A stretch of 64,000 bases of DNA from positions 21,197 through 85,196 of IMG/VR virus record IMGVR_UViG_3300021958_000041. The stretch is one strand, 5' to 3'. A program made the position numbers and the translations under genes. This stretch comes from a virus (taxonomy: Duplodnaviria > Caudoviricetes). The notes under the pieces were generated by a model. The model searched no databases. It worked only from the letters and a program-made list of their open reading frames with translations, and was not told where the DNA came from. Of the stretch, positions 9,581-19,703 are shown piece by piece; position 1 is the stretch's first letter; each line of letters opens with the position of its first letter.

Positions 9581-10117
9581 ATGGCAACTACAAAAAATAT
9601 TACAATTACTGATTTATTCCCAAGCGCGACAGTTGACGCTACTAGTGGTAGCGAATCTATAACTATCCCGCTTGCTGATTTAAGTTCAGCTACTACTGGT
9701 GGTCTCTCCGCAGCAGAGCTAACTACAGCTAACTCTAATAATGGAGATGGTCGTAAAGTTGGATTTGCATTGATTAGAACAATGGGTAAAGCTCTTGCTG
9801 ACATTAAGTCAACATTTGATGCAATTGATAATGCAGTAAAAGCATGGGCTACGGGAACAGATTTTCTAGTAAATGACTACGTAAAAGACTCTAATAAAAT
9901 TTTTAAATGTATAACTAACCACACCGCAGGCAGTACATTTGCTTTAGATGCAGCTTATTGGCAGGAGCAAAATTTAACGCAAGAGCCTGATAATTTCACG
10001 ATTACAGAAAATGCGGCAAGATATGCGTCAGGTAGTTTTGGTACATCAACAATTACTCAAATATTTTCAGTTGGTGTTACTTACGAAGGAACTAACGATA
10101 TTAAAAACGAATCTTAA
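9581..10117 (+). CDS. virion structural protein with inserted CBM5/12-like (ChiC-type) module
   Basis: Internal AWATGTDFLVNDYVKDSNKIFKCITNHTAG...YW segment; Thr/Ser/Ala-rich remainder. Confidence 0.55.
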   Translation: MATTKNITITDLFPSATVDATSGSESITIPLADLSSATTGGLSAAELTTANSNNGDGRKVGFALIRTMGKALADIKSTFDAIDNAVKAWATGTDFLVNDYVKDSNKIFKCITNHTAGSTFALDAAYWQEQNLTQEPDNFTITENAARYASGSFGTSTITQIFSVGVTYEGTNDIKNES

Positions 10118-10137
10118 AAAAATAGAGGAAATCAATC

Positions 10138-10494
10138 ATGGCATGTACAATTAATGTAATTTCAAATTTATTCGGAAATGATGACTGGGGTATCGGTGCT
10201 GACGAAGCTGGCTTCAAGGCAATGACCTCTGTTAGTGTTACTGAAAGAGCAGAGAAAGCTGAAGGTAAAGATTCAAAAGGATGTGTGGTAGCTATAGCTT
10301 ACTACAACAAAACATCTGAAGTAAGTCTCGAAGGAATTGGAGACAATAGAAAGTCGGCAGGAGATGTTCTTTCATTAACTTCTGTTAATGTTGATAACGG
10401 AACAGTATACTGCGAAGAAAGCTCTATTGAGTACTCAAATGAGGATTGGGTAAAAACCACCCTTAAGGGAGTAGCTTACGAAAATATAGCTTAA
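10138..10494 (+). CDS. putative tail tube (major tail) protein
   Basis: 118 aa, beta-rich, AEGKD..G.VVAIAYYN motif; two genes upstream of chaperone and tape measure. Confidence 0.55.
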   Translation: MACTINVISNLFGNDDWGIGADEAGFKAMTSVSVTERAEKAEGKDSKGCVVAIAYYNKTSEVSLEGIGDNRKSAGDVLSLTSVNVDNGTVYCEESSIEYSNEDWVKTTLKGVAYENIA

Positions 10495-10540
10495 CTTTAA
10501 ATTAAACAGCACCCTTTCGTGGTGCATATGAACCTTCTTT

Positions 10541-10990
10541 ATGGAGCAAGAAAATATTTCAAATTTAGATGAAAGAGTCATTCGCAAGGGTGACTCTTTC
10601 TTTCGTACAAAGAACACAGACTTAGCGGTATTGCTTTTAACTATAGGCGTAAAGCCATTCAAGAGTAACCCAATAGTTAGGTCTGTAGATGCAGATGGTA
10701 AGGAAGACTTGTTCTTCAACCTTGAGACGCACAATAACGATGGGACAATAAATTGCCAGCAAGTATTAAGTGATTGGAAAAGAGGGACTGCATATATAGA
10801 GGAGAACCCTAATGACCCAATAGCCGTTGCAATGGCTACAATATTGAACAGGAAGCATTTCATGGAAGTCATTAAGACCAAGAAGAGAACTTTTGAATAC
10901 AAGTTAGATGATGGCCCGACAGTTTTTGTAACAGAAGGAACAAAAAAACAAAAAATATTAGAAAAAAAATACGGAAAAAATAAAAAATGA
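10541..10990 (+). CDS. hypothetical protein in tail module
   Basis: 149-aa ORF overlapping the next start by ATGA. Confidence 0.6.
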   Translation: MEQENISNLDERVIRKGDSFFRTKNTDLAVLLLTIGVKPFKSNPIVRSVDADGKEDLFFNLETHNNDGTINCQQVLSDWKRGTAYIEENPNDPIAVAMATILNRKHFMEVIKTKKRTFEYKLDDGPTVFVTEGTKKQKILEKKYGKNKK

Positions 10991-11472
10991 GCGAAGATAA
11001 AAATACAAATAGCGAAGAAGAAGAACTAGAGGAAATTCTTGAGATTGCATCAGCAGGAGCTAAAAAGAATGACAAGAATGTAAAGGATGCATTATTGGGC
11101 GGTGGCACTGTTTTTAAAGGTGTAAAACTTAGACCAGTAACGCTATCAAGTTTAGCCATATTGGAAAAACTAGGCTCATCTTTAATTACTGGAGAGGAAA
11201 ACGGTAATCATGTAATGGAAGCATTGATATTCCTTTGGGTTCAATCCGAAGACCAAGCAATTGTTAGGGCGGCTACGTTAACTTCTGAATTGGATGATAA
11301 GGCAAATGTGACAGCAAAAGCCTTAGAGCTTGGAGAGCGCCTAGGAATAAGTGATATGCAGGAGTTAGTAGACTGCATGACAACAATGATGTCAGATGCC
11401 ACATCTACTAAGGTGGAAGCTATACCAAGTGAAGAAGCAAAAAAACATAACGCTAAATCAAAAAACAAGTAG
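10987..11472 (+). CDS. tail assembly chaperone (gpG-like)
   Basis: Acidic helical protein upstream of tape measure, ends at a slippery heptamer. Confidence 0.7.
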   Translation: MSEDKNTNSEEEELEEILEIASAGAKKNDKNVKDALLGGGTVFKGVKLRPVTLSSLAILEKLGSSLITGEENGNHVMEALIFLWVQSEDQAIVRAATLTSELDDKANVTAKALELGERLGISDMQELVDCMTTMMSDATSTKVEAIPSEEAKKHNAKSKNK

Positions 11473-11693
11473 AGCCTCCATTTATGATTTCGCTACTCGG
11501 CACTGTGGCGAAAGAAAGTGGAATAAAGGCTCAGGAAATATTTTGGGAGATGCCATTAATCGTAGTTTATGCGTGGGAACATTATTCCTATCGTGTCAAC
11601 GGAATTGACACTAAATCAATATATGAAGATAATAATATGGGGATTGCAGGCTCAGGGGGAGCAATGCTAGACGCACTTTCAAAAATGGATTAA
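11457..11693 (+). CDS. gpT-like -1 frame extension of tail chaperone (internal ATG at 11484)
   Basis: Open -1 frame ending 1 nt before the tape measure ATG; IFWEMPL motif. Confidence 0.65.
   Translation: MKKQVEPPFMISLLGTVAKESGIKAQEIFWEMPLIVVYAWEHYSYRVNGIDTKSIYEDNNMGIAGSGGAMLDALSKMD
11460..11466 (+). other. -1 ribosomal frameshift slippery site A AAA AAC
   Basis: X XXY YYZ heptamer in the correct phase, two codons before the gpG stop; -1 frame open from 11457 to 11693. Confidence 0.65.
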
Positions 11694-11694
11694 A

Positions 11695-14600
11695 ATGGCA
11701 AGCACTAAACATGTAGTACAGTTCAAGGGCGAGGACGCTAACCTGAGGTCTGTATTCAGGAAGATTTCCAATGACCTTCGGGGAATAAGAAGAGATAGTG
11801 GTACATCTCTTGACCCGTGGAACAGGAAGTCTTTAATTGCCGCGCAAAATGCCAGAAGAGTATCTAGGCAATTGCAAGCCATGAGGAATAGGGCGATTTC
11901 CCTCAGGTCAACATTTAGTAGATTAGTAACCGCAATGGCTGGAGTCGGAACTACTATTGTCCTGATGAGAACTGCCGCTCATACTGTAGTAAGATTCGAA
12001 AAAGCTATGGGTGAAGTTCTGGCAATTACTAGAGCCACAACTTCTCAATTTGCAATAATGCGAGCAGAAGCTCAAAAGCTTGGTGCTACCACTATGTTTA
12101 CAGCATCACAAGCGGCTGAAGGATTGAAATTCCTTGCAATGGCAGGATTCTCTGCTGGGCAAGCAACGAAATCCTTAAGAGCAACTTTAAATTTGGCGCA
12201 AGCTGGAGCTATGGATTTAGGAACGGCTGCAGACATTGCATCTAATATTTTAACTGCATTCAGAATAAACGCAGAAGGCTTAAATGATGTAGTTGATGAT
12301 TTAGCCACAGTAGCATCTAGGTCAAATACAAGCGTTGTGCAGTTAGGCGATGCAATGAAATATGTTTCTGCATCTGCAAGTTCTTATGGAATATCCTTAC
12401 AGGAGACATCCGCTGCTATTGGTGTGCTATCTGACGCAGGCATGCAAGCAAGTATGGCTGGTACGGGATTGAGGCAAGTATTTATTAGAATTGCTGGTCA
12501 ATCAGCGGCTATGAGACAGGGAATGGCAGCCCTAGGCATAACTTTTGCGGAAATAAATCCTGAGGTTAATTCTTTACAGCAAATATTAGAGCGATTCGCA
12601 CAGACTAGCGTGACTGCCACGCAAGTAAGTGCCATGTTTGGGGCTAGAGCTGCAAATGCATTCAATATTTTGATGCAAGGCAGAGAAAAAGTAAGGTCTC
12701 TAACAAACGAGATGGCTAACAACTCAGGCAGAGCGCAGGAAATGGCTGATGTAATGGGCAATACATTGTATGGTCAATTAAAGAAAGTTCAGTCTGCGTA
12801 TGAGGATTTCTTTCAAACTTTATTTCAAACTGGAGAAGTATCAAATACAATAAGGGAAGCCCTTGAGCTAGTTTCGGGAGTTTTAAACCAAGTATCTGGA
12901 AAACTTGCAATATTTGAAGATGATTCAGTAACTGGGTGGGGTGAACAAGTATCTGAAACTTATCAAAAAGTTCAGACTTTTATAGAGTCTGCTACTAGAC
13001 TAGCAGAAACTTTAGCAAAAGTGGCTATTGCTTTCATAAGCATAAAACTCATTTCTTTTTCCGCTGGAATAATTGGAATGTTAAAGCCAATAGGAGCATT
13101 CTCACTGCAAATACTAACAGCGGTTGGTCAATTAGGTGTATTTTCGGCAAGAGCGGCAACTGCTGGTTTATCTTCAAAAAAGCTCTCAGGCTCTATAGCA
13201 GTAACTACTGCTACAATCAAAAAGAATGTTAGCGCTGTTGCTACTTCTCGTATGTCACTTCTTAAGTTAAGAATATCAAAAACTCAACTGAGAATAGCTA
13301 ACACTTTACTTGGTGGTTCATTTACAAAATTAAGAAGTAGTATCCAAAGAGGCAATATGTCTCTTGGAACGAATCGAATTCAAACTACTTTAGCTAGCTT
13401 AGGAATGAAATCATTTAGCATTGCCACCAGAGGTGCGGCAATAGCTGTCACAGGATTAAGAACAGCAATACAGGCCTTGAAGTATATTATTGGTTCAATA
13501 CTAGGCCCATTGGTAGTCCTAATGGTAATAATAGACATGATTGTATTAGCATGGGATTTCTTTGGTTCATCCGCAGAAGATGGAGCGATGGCAGCTCAAA
13601 GAGCAGTTCAGCAACTAACTGATGAAGTAGAAGCATTAAAAAGAAATCTAGATAAAGCGGAATTTGCCATAGACATAGAAAAAAATGAAAGAGGTAAATA
13701 CACAGAAAAGTCAGATGATGGAGTAAAAAGGTTTCAAGGCGTAGAAATTAAAGCAATCAAAGATGTAAGCAACTTGATGGAATATCATGCTTTGCTTGGT
13801 TTAGTTGATGAAGAGCTACATAAAGCCGCGCGTACCGCAGAAAATTTGGAAGATGCAATAAGCCTTGCTAATTCGCAAGGAGACGATGGTGCGGTATCAG
13901 CCCTACAAGCTCAAAAAGTAGAAATAAATGAAGTTATTTCAAAACTGGAGGAGAAGAAATCCACTCTAGAAGGAATGGAAGGTTACGTTAAACAACAAGT
14001 AGCTGCCGTAAAATTAAAAAGTGCAGTTGATGCTTTAGCGGAAGCAACAAGAAAATATAATTCCATAGCCGAAGGTGAAGAAACTATAAATAATTACCTT
14101 AGGCAGAAAAATATTGTAGACCAATTACGCCTATCCATAGCCGACTTAAATGACGAAGAAAGAAAAAGAGAAACTAGAGAGGCTGACCAAGAAGTAGCGA
14201 AAGCTAAATCTGATTTACGAAAAACCCTTGATGACCCAGACGCAGATGACAAAACAAAGCAAAGAGCAAGAAATGCATTAAATAGAGCAGAAGGGAAAAG
14301 GCGTTTGCTCAATTTTTCCGATAATGTAACAGGGGTGGATAGAGGAGATAGAGAAACTAGAGCTAGAGCAGAATTATCATCAGACCAACTTGGGCTATTA
14401 GCAGGAAAAAGTGAAGAGCTGCAGGAGTTAAGAATGAAAATAGCTCTAGATAAACCAGAAGATGCGATTGATGTATTAGAGCGCGTAAAGAAACTGCGAG
14501 AAGAGTTAAGCGAAGCTGGCATTACAACAATAACAAAAGAAGATACTGACACTAGTGAGGGAATGCTTAAGGCTATTAAAACAACTCAAAATTTACTAGA

Positions 14601-16722
14601 CCTTCAGGTTGAACTTAATGAAGCATTAAGGGCTGAAGAAATAGCGAGAAAGGCAAACGATGCAGCCGCTGCAGGCGAATCAACAGACAATTTTGATTCT
14701 CAACTAGAAAATATGGGTAAACAAAAAGAGTTGCGTGAACGTGCAAGGGCAAGACGTGACTTGAACTCAAATTTTGCGGAAGAGTCTAGAGTTGGGACTG
14801 ATATTCTTGGAAATAGATTGCAATCAGATAAAGGCGACCAAAGGAATATAAATGCTTTAGCTGAATTTTCTGGAGGTTTCCTAGGTGAAAATTTCTCCAT
14901 AAGCTCAGGAGGATTTGACCAAAATATAGATAAAATATCAGAAGCCTTTAAGAAAATTTCAATGGAATATACTAACCGACTTAATGAAAAGTTGGGTAAT
15001 ATTGATGCCGAAATAACAGGCTTGGAGCAAAAAAGACTTGAACTGCAAGACCAAAAAATAAACACCCAAGACCCAGAAACCATAGAAGGGCTTGAAGCTA
15101 CAATATCTGGTTTATCACGTGATATAGAAAATGCATTAGAAAGAAGAAAAGGTGTATCTGGTATAAAAGTAGGTGGTAATGCGGATGGTGAGAGCGAAAG
15201 AAGTACTGTTCGGTTATTTGCAGCATTTCAACAAATGTTTCAAGGCACTGGAATAATGAATACTGAAATCCAAGGAGAGAATAAAATAGGAGGTAGAAGA
15301 ACATTAAAGGATATTACTCCTGAGGATATAGCAAATTCTACTGACGCGCAAAGAGTACAGCTTGAAATTCAATTAATGGAAGCAGGCAAGGCAATATTTA
15401 GAAAAAGAAGAGAAGATTTAGAAGCAGATAAAAATGCTGAAGAGTTTCAGGAAACAGCAGAAAAAGCAACTGTTTCCAAAAATGCTGAACAAATTGTAAA
15501 AGAAATTGCATATCAAGTAGAACTTCAAAAAACAAATGAGCTAGAAGCTCAAAAATTAGAAATCCAAAAACAGCAAGTAGCTTTAAATCAATTAAACGAA
15601 GAGAAAGCAGACCTTATATCTGTACAACCATTTTTAACTACTGATGAGGAGAAGACTGAGAACAAAGCAAGGATAGCAGATGTAGATGCGCGAGCAGGGG
15701 TAATAAAAGGTGACATTTCCGAAATGCAAGCAAACAAAAGTGCTAGAGACGCATCTAGGGATAATAGCCTAAAGGAAATGGCGGAAAGAATTACTGACGC
15801 CATATTAGCAATTAGAGGAAAAAATATTACTGAGCAAGATAAGCAAACACAAATAAATGCAGTTATTGCACAGGAAAAAGAGACAATGCAAAACAATGCA
15901 TTGGAAGCTGGTGGTCGAGCAGAGGAAGCAAAGGAATCAGAAAATGCAGTTGCTGAAGCAAAAGCTGGTCAAAAAGGTGATAAAATGCGAAGCGACTTTG
16001 AAAAGAAGGAGAGAGACGCGCGCGCACAAGAAGCCGTAAAATTGGCAAAAGATGCCGAAAAGGATAAAACCACAGGTAAGGCAGGTGTCTCTAGTTTGGC
16101 AGCTATTGGCGGAGGCGGTGGAGTTGGAGGAGGAAGCGTGCAAGACCAGCAATTAGCTGTTCAACAAAAAACAAGAGATGTTTTAGTTAGCATGCTTAAA
16201 GTCTTAGAAACACCTGAGGGATTTGAAGGAAAAAAAGATGCTTTAGCTCAAATGGAAAAAAAGCTTACGAAGGACGAAAAGCAGGCAATGAATGCTGAGT
16301 TCACTAAGTTAGTTCAAGCCGCAAGAGCAACAAAAGACCCGCAGAAAAAAGCCGAACTCAGGCAACAAGCTCAAGGCGTATTAGATGGTTTTGGAAAAAT
16401 AGCTGAAAAAAGAAATTTTGCACCAGAAGGACAGGAAGCAGGAGGTGCTGGCGGAGCGATGGCTGGTGCAGTAGGAGTTAGAGCAAATATGTTCGGAGGT
16501 GACCCTATGGCAAAGCAAGCCATAATTGCAGCTAGAGGAAAGATTGGATTTAATCAAGGTGGAGCAATTGGAGTTGCGCCTGCTATATTAGCTCAAGCAC
16601 AGCAACAAGGTGTAAAAACTAAAACAATGGAAAAAATGCTTGATATTATAGCCACAAACACAAGCTCATTAAAAAATGCAGGAGGTGTAGTAGTAGTACC
16701 CGCAGGCGGAGGCGTAGCTTAA
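11695..16722 (+). CDS. tail tape measure protein (TP901-type core)
   Basis: 1675 aa; LGATTMFTASQAAEGLKFLAMAG, LGTAADI, AGTGLR core; long coiled-coil remainder. Confidence 0.95.
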   Translation: MASTKHVVQFKGEDANLRSVFRKISNDLRGIRRDSGTSLDPWNRKSLIAAQNARRVSRQLQAMRNRAISLRSTFSRLVTAMAGVGTTIVLMRTAAHTVVRFEKAMGEVLAITRATTSQFAIMRAEAQKLGATTMFTASQAAEGLKFLAMAGFSAGQATKSLRATLNLAQAGAMDLGTAADIASNILTAFRINAEGLNDVVDDLATVASRSNTSVVQLGDAMKYVSASASSYGISLQETSAAIGVLSDAGMQASMAGTGLRQVFIRIAGQSAAMRQGMAALGITFAEINPEVNSLQQILERFAQTSVTATQVSAMFGARAANAFNILMQGREKVRSLTNEMANNSGRAQEMADVMGNTLYGQLKKVQSAYEDFFQTLFQTGEVSNTIREALELVSGVLNQVSGKLAIFEDDSVTGWGEQVSETYQKVQTFIESATRLAETLAKVAIAFISIKLISFSAGIIGMLKPIGAFSLQILTAVGQLGVFSARAATAGLSSKKLSGSIAVTTATIKKNVSAVATSRMSLLKLRISKTQLRIANTLLGGSFTKLRSSIQRGNMSLGTNRIQTTLASLGMKSFSIATRGAAIAVTGLRTAIQALKYIIGSILGPLVVLMVIIDMIVLAWDFFGSSAEDGAMAAQRAVQQLTDEVEALKRNLDKAEFAIDIEKNERGKYTEKSDDGVKRFQGVEIKAIKDVSNLMEYHALLGLVDEELHKAARTAENLEDAISLANSQGDDGAVSALQAQKVEINEVISKLEEKKSTLEGMEGYVKQQVAAVKLKSAVDALAEATRKYNSIAEGEETINNYLRQKNIVDQLRLSIADLNDEERKRETREADQEVAKAKSDLRKTLDDPDADDKTKQRARNALNRAEGKRRLLNFSDNVTGVDRGDRETRARAELSSDQLGLLAGKSEELQELRMKIALDKPEDAIDVLERVKKLREELSEAGITTITKEDTDTSEGMLKAIKTTQNLLDLQVELNEALRAEEIARKANDAAAAGESTDNFDSQLENMGKQKELRERARARRDLNSNFAEESRVGTDILGNRLQSDKGDQRNINALAEFSGGFLGENFSISSGGFDQNIDKISEAFKKISMEYTNRLNEKLGNIDAEITGLEQKRLELQDQKINTQDPETIEGLEATISGLSRDIENALERRKGVSGIKVGGNADGESERSTVRLFAAFQQMFQGTGIMNTEIQGENKIGGRRTLKDITPEDIANSTDAQRVQLEIQLMEAGKAIFRKRREDLEADKNAEEFQETAEKATVSKNAEQIVKEIAYQVELQKTNELEAQKLEIQKQQVALNQLNEEKADLISVQPFLTTDEEKTENKARIADVDARAGVIKGDISEMQANKSARDASRDNSLKEMAERITDAILAIRGKNITEQDKQTQINAVIAQEKETMQNNALEAGGRAEEAKESENAVAEAKAGQKGDKMRSDFEKKERDARAQEAVKLAKDAEKDKTTGKAGVSSLAAIGGGGGVGGGSVQDQQLAVQQKTRDVLVSMLKVLETPEGFEGKKDALAQMEKKLTKDEKQAMNAEFTKLVQAARATKDPQKKAELRQQAQGVLDGFGKIAEKRNFAPEGQEAGGAGGAMAGAVGVRANMFGGDPMAKQAIIAARGKIGFNQGGAIGVAPAILAQAQQQGVKTKTMEKMLDIIATNTSSLKNAGGVVVVPAGGGVA

Positions 16723-16723
16723 T

Positions 16724-17455
16724 ATGACATCAGTAATAAAACATATAGGTGAAACTAATTTTGAAACTGTAGGAAGCACTACAAAGTTAAACAATACTGG
16801 TGTCATTTATGCTCAGTATAAATATTTATTATCAGGAGAATCTTATAGTATTAATGAAGCTCAAGATTGGGCAACTGGTCATTTTGGTGGAGATGACGAT
16901 AATCATTCTCACCTAAAATGCGTAAATGCTTCTTGTAATACTAACGGCCCCTTCCATGAAGTTACGCTTGTTTACCAAGGAATACCAAGAAATGCTAAAA
17001 ATAAAATAGCAAAAGTAAGCGCATCCACAACAACCGAGCCAATTGATACGCATCCAGAATTTGAAAAATTTGCAGGAGATAAAGATGAACCTAAAAACGA
17101 AGCAATATTTAATGATGATGGGACATTTAAAGCATTTAAGGTTCATCCTTCTTGCCCTAGACCAAGAAATAATAATAAAGCTGGAATTAAGTCTTATTTA
17201 GCTCCAAGTATGACATATGAACTAGTTGCAGAATTAGGCTCCCCAAGTAATAACACTGAGGAAATAGGCACAATATCAATTTCCCCAGACCCACACGCGC
17301 CAGCAGGTCTTAATAGTTTAAGACCTCCCAAAATAGGCAAAAGAAATTGGCTTGTTATTGGTGTTGATGAGCAACCATTCGGAAATGGTGTAAGAGAGAC
17401 AACAAAATGGAGACTCAGTGGTAGGCGAGAGTGGAATAAGGATATTTACGATTAA
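16724..17455 (+). CDS. putative tail-tip/distal tail protein
   Basis: Immediately after tape measure; TEPIDTHPEF motif. Confidence 0.55.
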   Translation: MTSVIKHIGETNFETVGSTTKLNNTGVIYAQYKYLLSGESYSINEAQDWATGHFGGDDDNHSHLKCVNASCNTNGPFHEVTLVYQGIPRNAKNKIAKVSASTTTEPIDTHPEFEKFAGDKDEPKNEAIFNDDGTFKAFKVHPSCPRPRNNNKAGIKSYLAPSMTYELVAELGSPSNNTEEIGTISISPDPHAPAGLNSLRPPKIGKRNWLVIGVDEQPFGNGVRETTKWRLSGRREWNKDIYD

Positions 17456-19107
17456 TGAGTGAGGAAGAAGACTATGGAGGAGGTGGAGGAGGAACTACTA
17501 CAACAACTACTACCACTACATTACCTCCATTCAATCCAGAGGATGAGTTTCCTGCGGTAATTGAGCGAACATCTGATGTAAGTCAGCCATGTACGCAGTT
17601 AGCAGAAGATTATTCTGGCCCAGAAAAATGTCACTTAATTGGAATTAGCCATTTCCAGACAACTTTTACATCAAAAACACCAAATGGTGGAACATATAAA
17701 TTAAATGGTCGGTTAGCTTATAGAAATGCATCTTGGTCAACGAAGCAGATAAGTCACTTATGGATTTATTATGATAGCCTTAGTTGCTGTTGGAGACTAA
17801 CACATAAAGGCACTATAGACTCTCCAATAGCGGAGCAAAAACAAATACAACAGTATAGTGACAATGAAGGTAATTCACTTGGTTTTTATATACCGAATTT
17901 ATTAATAGATTACACAAGAAGGGGAGTATATCTTCAGGGAGAATATGTAAACCCAAATGCAGGCTCTAGTAGCCCAGTTGGAGATTGGTTATGTAGTGCT
18001 GGTGGTAGTATTAGCGAGCAAGAAGTAAATCCCGTATTAACATGCAACGCAGGGGAAGCTCCAGATAATACATATGAGCAGATTACTGGCAGTAAAGATT
18101 TTACTAGCTTTAGTAGTGCGCAAGGTCAGTTTAAAATAGTAGGTGATGAGAACGGAGAATGCGTAATATCTTTTTTTGAGCCAACACACAATGAAGTTAC
18201 ATTTGCTAAACGCAGATATGTTAAAATAATAATAAACAAAGATAATTCAGTAATATTTGACGCAGACGGCCCTCAGAAAAAAATATTAAAAGTTGGTGAT
18301 ACAATTAAATTCAATATGGTTAACGGCAAAGATTTCTTTCTAGTTAATTTTACATATATTGAAATTGGTAGTTTTATTGCTGGTATTAGTGTAGCTGGAG
18401 GTGCAGGAGGCATACAGATTCTTGGTCAGTTAAGTAATGACAGAACTATAGGAAGTAGTTTTTCGATGTCGGACAATAAAGTACAGCCCAAGGATAAATA
18501 TATAGTAAATGCAGGCGAAGGTGTATCATTTGCTCAAGGATTCACTGGTGGCACGCACAGTCCATACGATTATTGCTTTTTTGACTCAGCGGAAGTAACA
18601 ACTCTAGAAGGAGGCTTTGAAAGTGTTAGCATTAATTATAAAGGATTTTGGAATAATGAATATTCCACTATAACAATTCAATCATCTACAAACACAGACC
18701 CGATTGACTCACATCCAGAATTTTGCGACTTTGGAGGAGATAAAGATGAACCCAAAAATGGAGCAATATTTAGAGATGATGAAACCTTTGATAAATTTGA
18801 GTTATACGTAGGAGATTTACTAAATGAATTTGCTGGTGTTAAAAGTTATCTTAGCCCAAATTATGTAGTTACGGAAAAAATAGAATATGCATTTGCTACA
18901 TTTGACGATTTAAAATCAATCGGAAAAGTGCAATCACCGCGCGGCTCAAGTGGGGGAGCGCAAAAAGCACGTAATTTAGCAAGAGGACAAAGAGATTTCC
19001 TTGTCACATCAGTATCATGGCAAGCATATGGCCAAGGTTGTATAGTAACCAAAAATTATAGATTAAGCGGTAAAAACGGCTGGGACTCAGATATATATGA
19101 GAAATGA
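17455..19107 (+). CDS. putative tail protein; N-terminal Gly6-Thr9 tract, C-terminal domain paralogous to previous gene
   Basis: TDPIDSHPEF...WDSDIY aligns with TEPIDTHPEF...WNKDIY of 16724..17455. Confidence 0.6.
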   Translation: MSEEEDYGGGGGGTTTTTTTTTLPPFNPEDEFPAVIERTSDVSQPCTQLAEDYSGPEKCHLIGISHFQTTFTSKTPNGGTYKLNGRLAYRNASWSTKQISHLWIYYDSLSCCWRLTHKGTIDSPIAEQKQIQQYSDNEGNSLGFYIPNLLIDYTRRGVYLQGEYVNPNAGSSSPVGDWLCSAGGSISEQEVNPVLTCNAGEAPDNTYEQITGSKDFTSFSSAQGQFKIVGDENGECVISFFEPTHNEVTFAKRRYVKIIINKDNSVIFDADGPQKKILKVGDTIKFNMVNGKDFFLVNFTYIEIGSFIAGISVAGGAGGIQILGQLSNDRTIGSSFSMSDNKVQPKDKYIVNAGEGVSFAQGFTGGTHSPYDYCFFDSAEVTTLEGGFESVSINYKGFWNNEYSTITIQSSTNTDPIDSHPEFCDFGGDKDEPKNGAIFRDDETFDKFELYVGDLLNEFAGVKSYLSPNYVVTEKIEYAFATFDDLKSIGKVQSPRGSSGGAQKARNLARGQRDFLVTSVSWQAYGQGCIVTKNYRLSGKNGWDSDIYEK

Positions 19108-19703
19108 AATCGAAAGGTCCTAAATTTAATATTCCAGCTTTTCCTGAAATTGGTGAAGCTATAAATTCTGTAGTTGATTGGGTTGAGTCTCTTCCGACAG
19201 TTCCTGAATTTGTCGCAGGTCCTAATGTTTTAGTTTCATCCGATGAAAACACAGTAACAATTGAGGCAGCGGCAGTTCCTGAATCCACAGAAGGAATAGG
19301 AGAATGTACATTTAAATTTGGAACTAAAGATTGTACGGATGATGATGAACCCTTATGTACATTATACGCAAAAGGTGGTTCAGTAAATGGATTATTCCCA
19401 ACAAATTTTGATAACATAGGTAAAATTAAAGCCGATGATGAAAAATTTCTTTACCTAGATATAACAACTGGAAATACAGGTATTCTAACAATGGAATATA
19501 CGTTAGCAGACAGCGTTAAGCCATTAACAGCACAATACGCAGAAGGAGCGCCCCCAACCACAGTGGAAATTTTTATAGGTCGCTTAATTGCAAAAGAAAT
19601 TAATTCCAATTACTGCGATGGTATATCAATGAGACCAGAAATTGCATACGTTGAAAGTAGTTCTGCCGATTCAAGAACCTTTTATTATTGGAGCATACAG
19701 TAG
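19104..19703 (+). CDS. hypothetical tail-module protein
   Basis: 199 aa, ATGA overlap with upstream gene. Confidence 0.6.
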   Translation: MKSKGPKFNIPAFPEIGEAINSVVDWVESLPTVPEFVAGPNVLVSSDENTVTIEAAAVPESTEGIGECTFKFGTKDCTDDDEPLCTLYAKGGSVNGLFPTNFDNIGKIKADDEKFLYLDITTGNTGILTMEYTLADSVKPLTAQYAEGAPPTTVEIFIGRLIAKEINSNYCDGISMRPEIAYVESSSADSRTFYYWSIQ

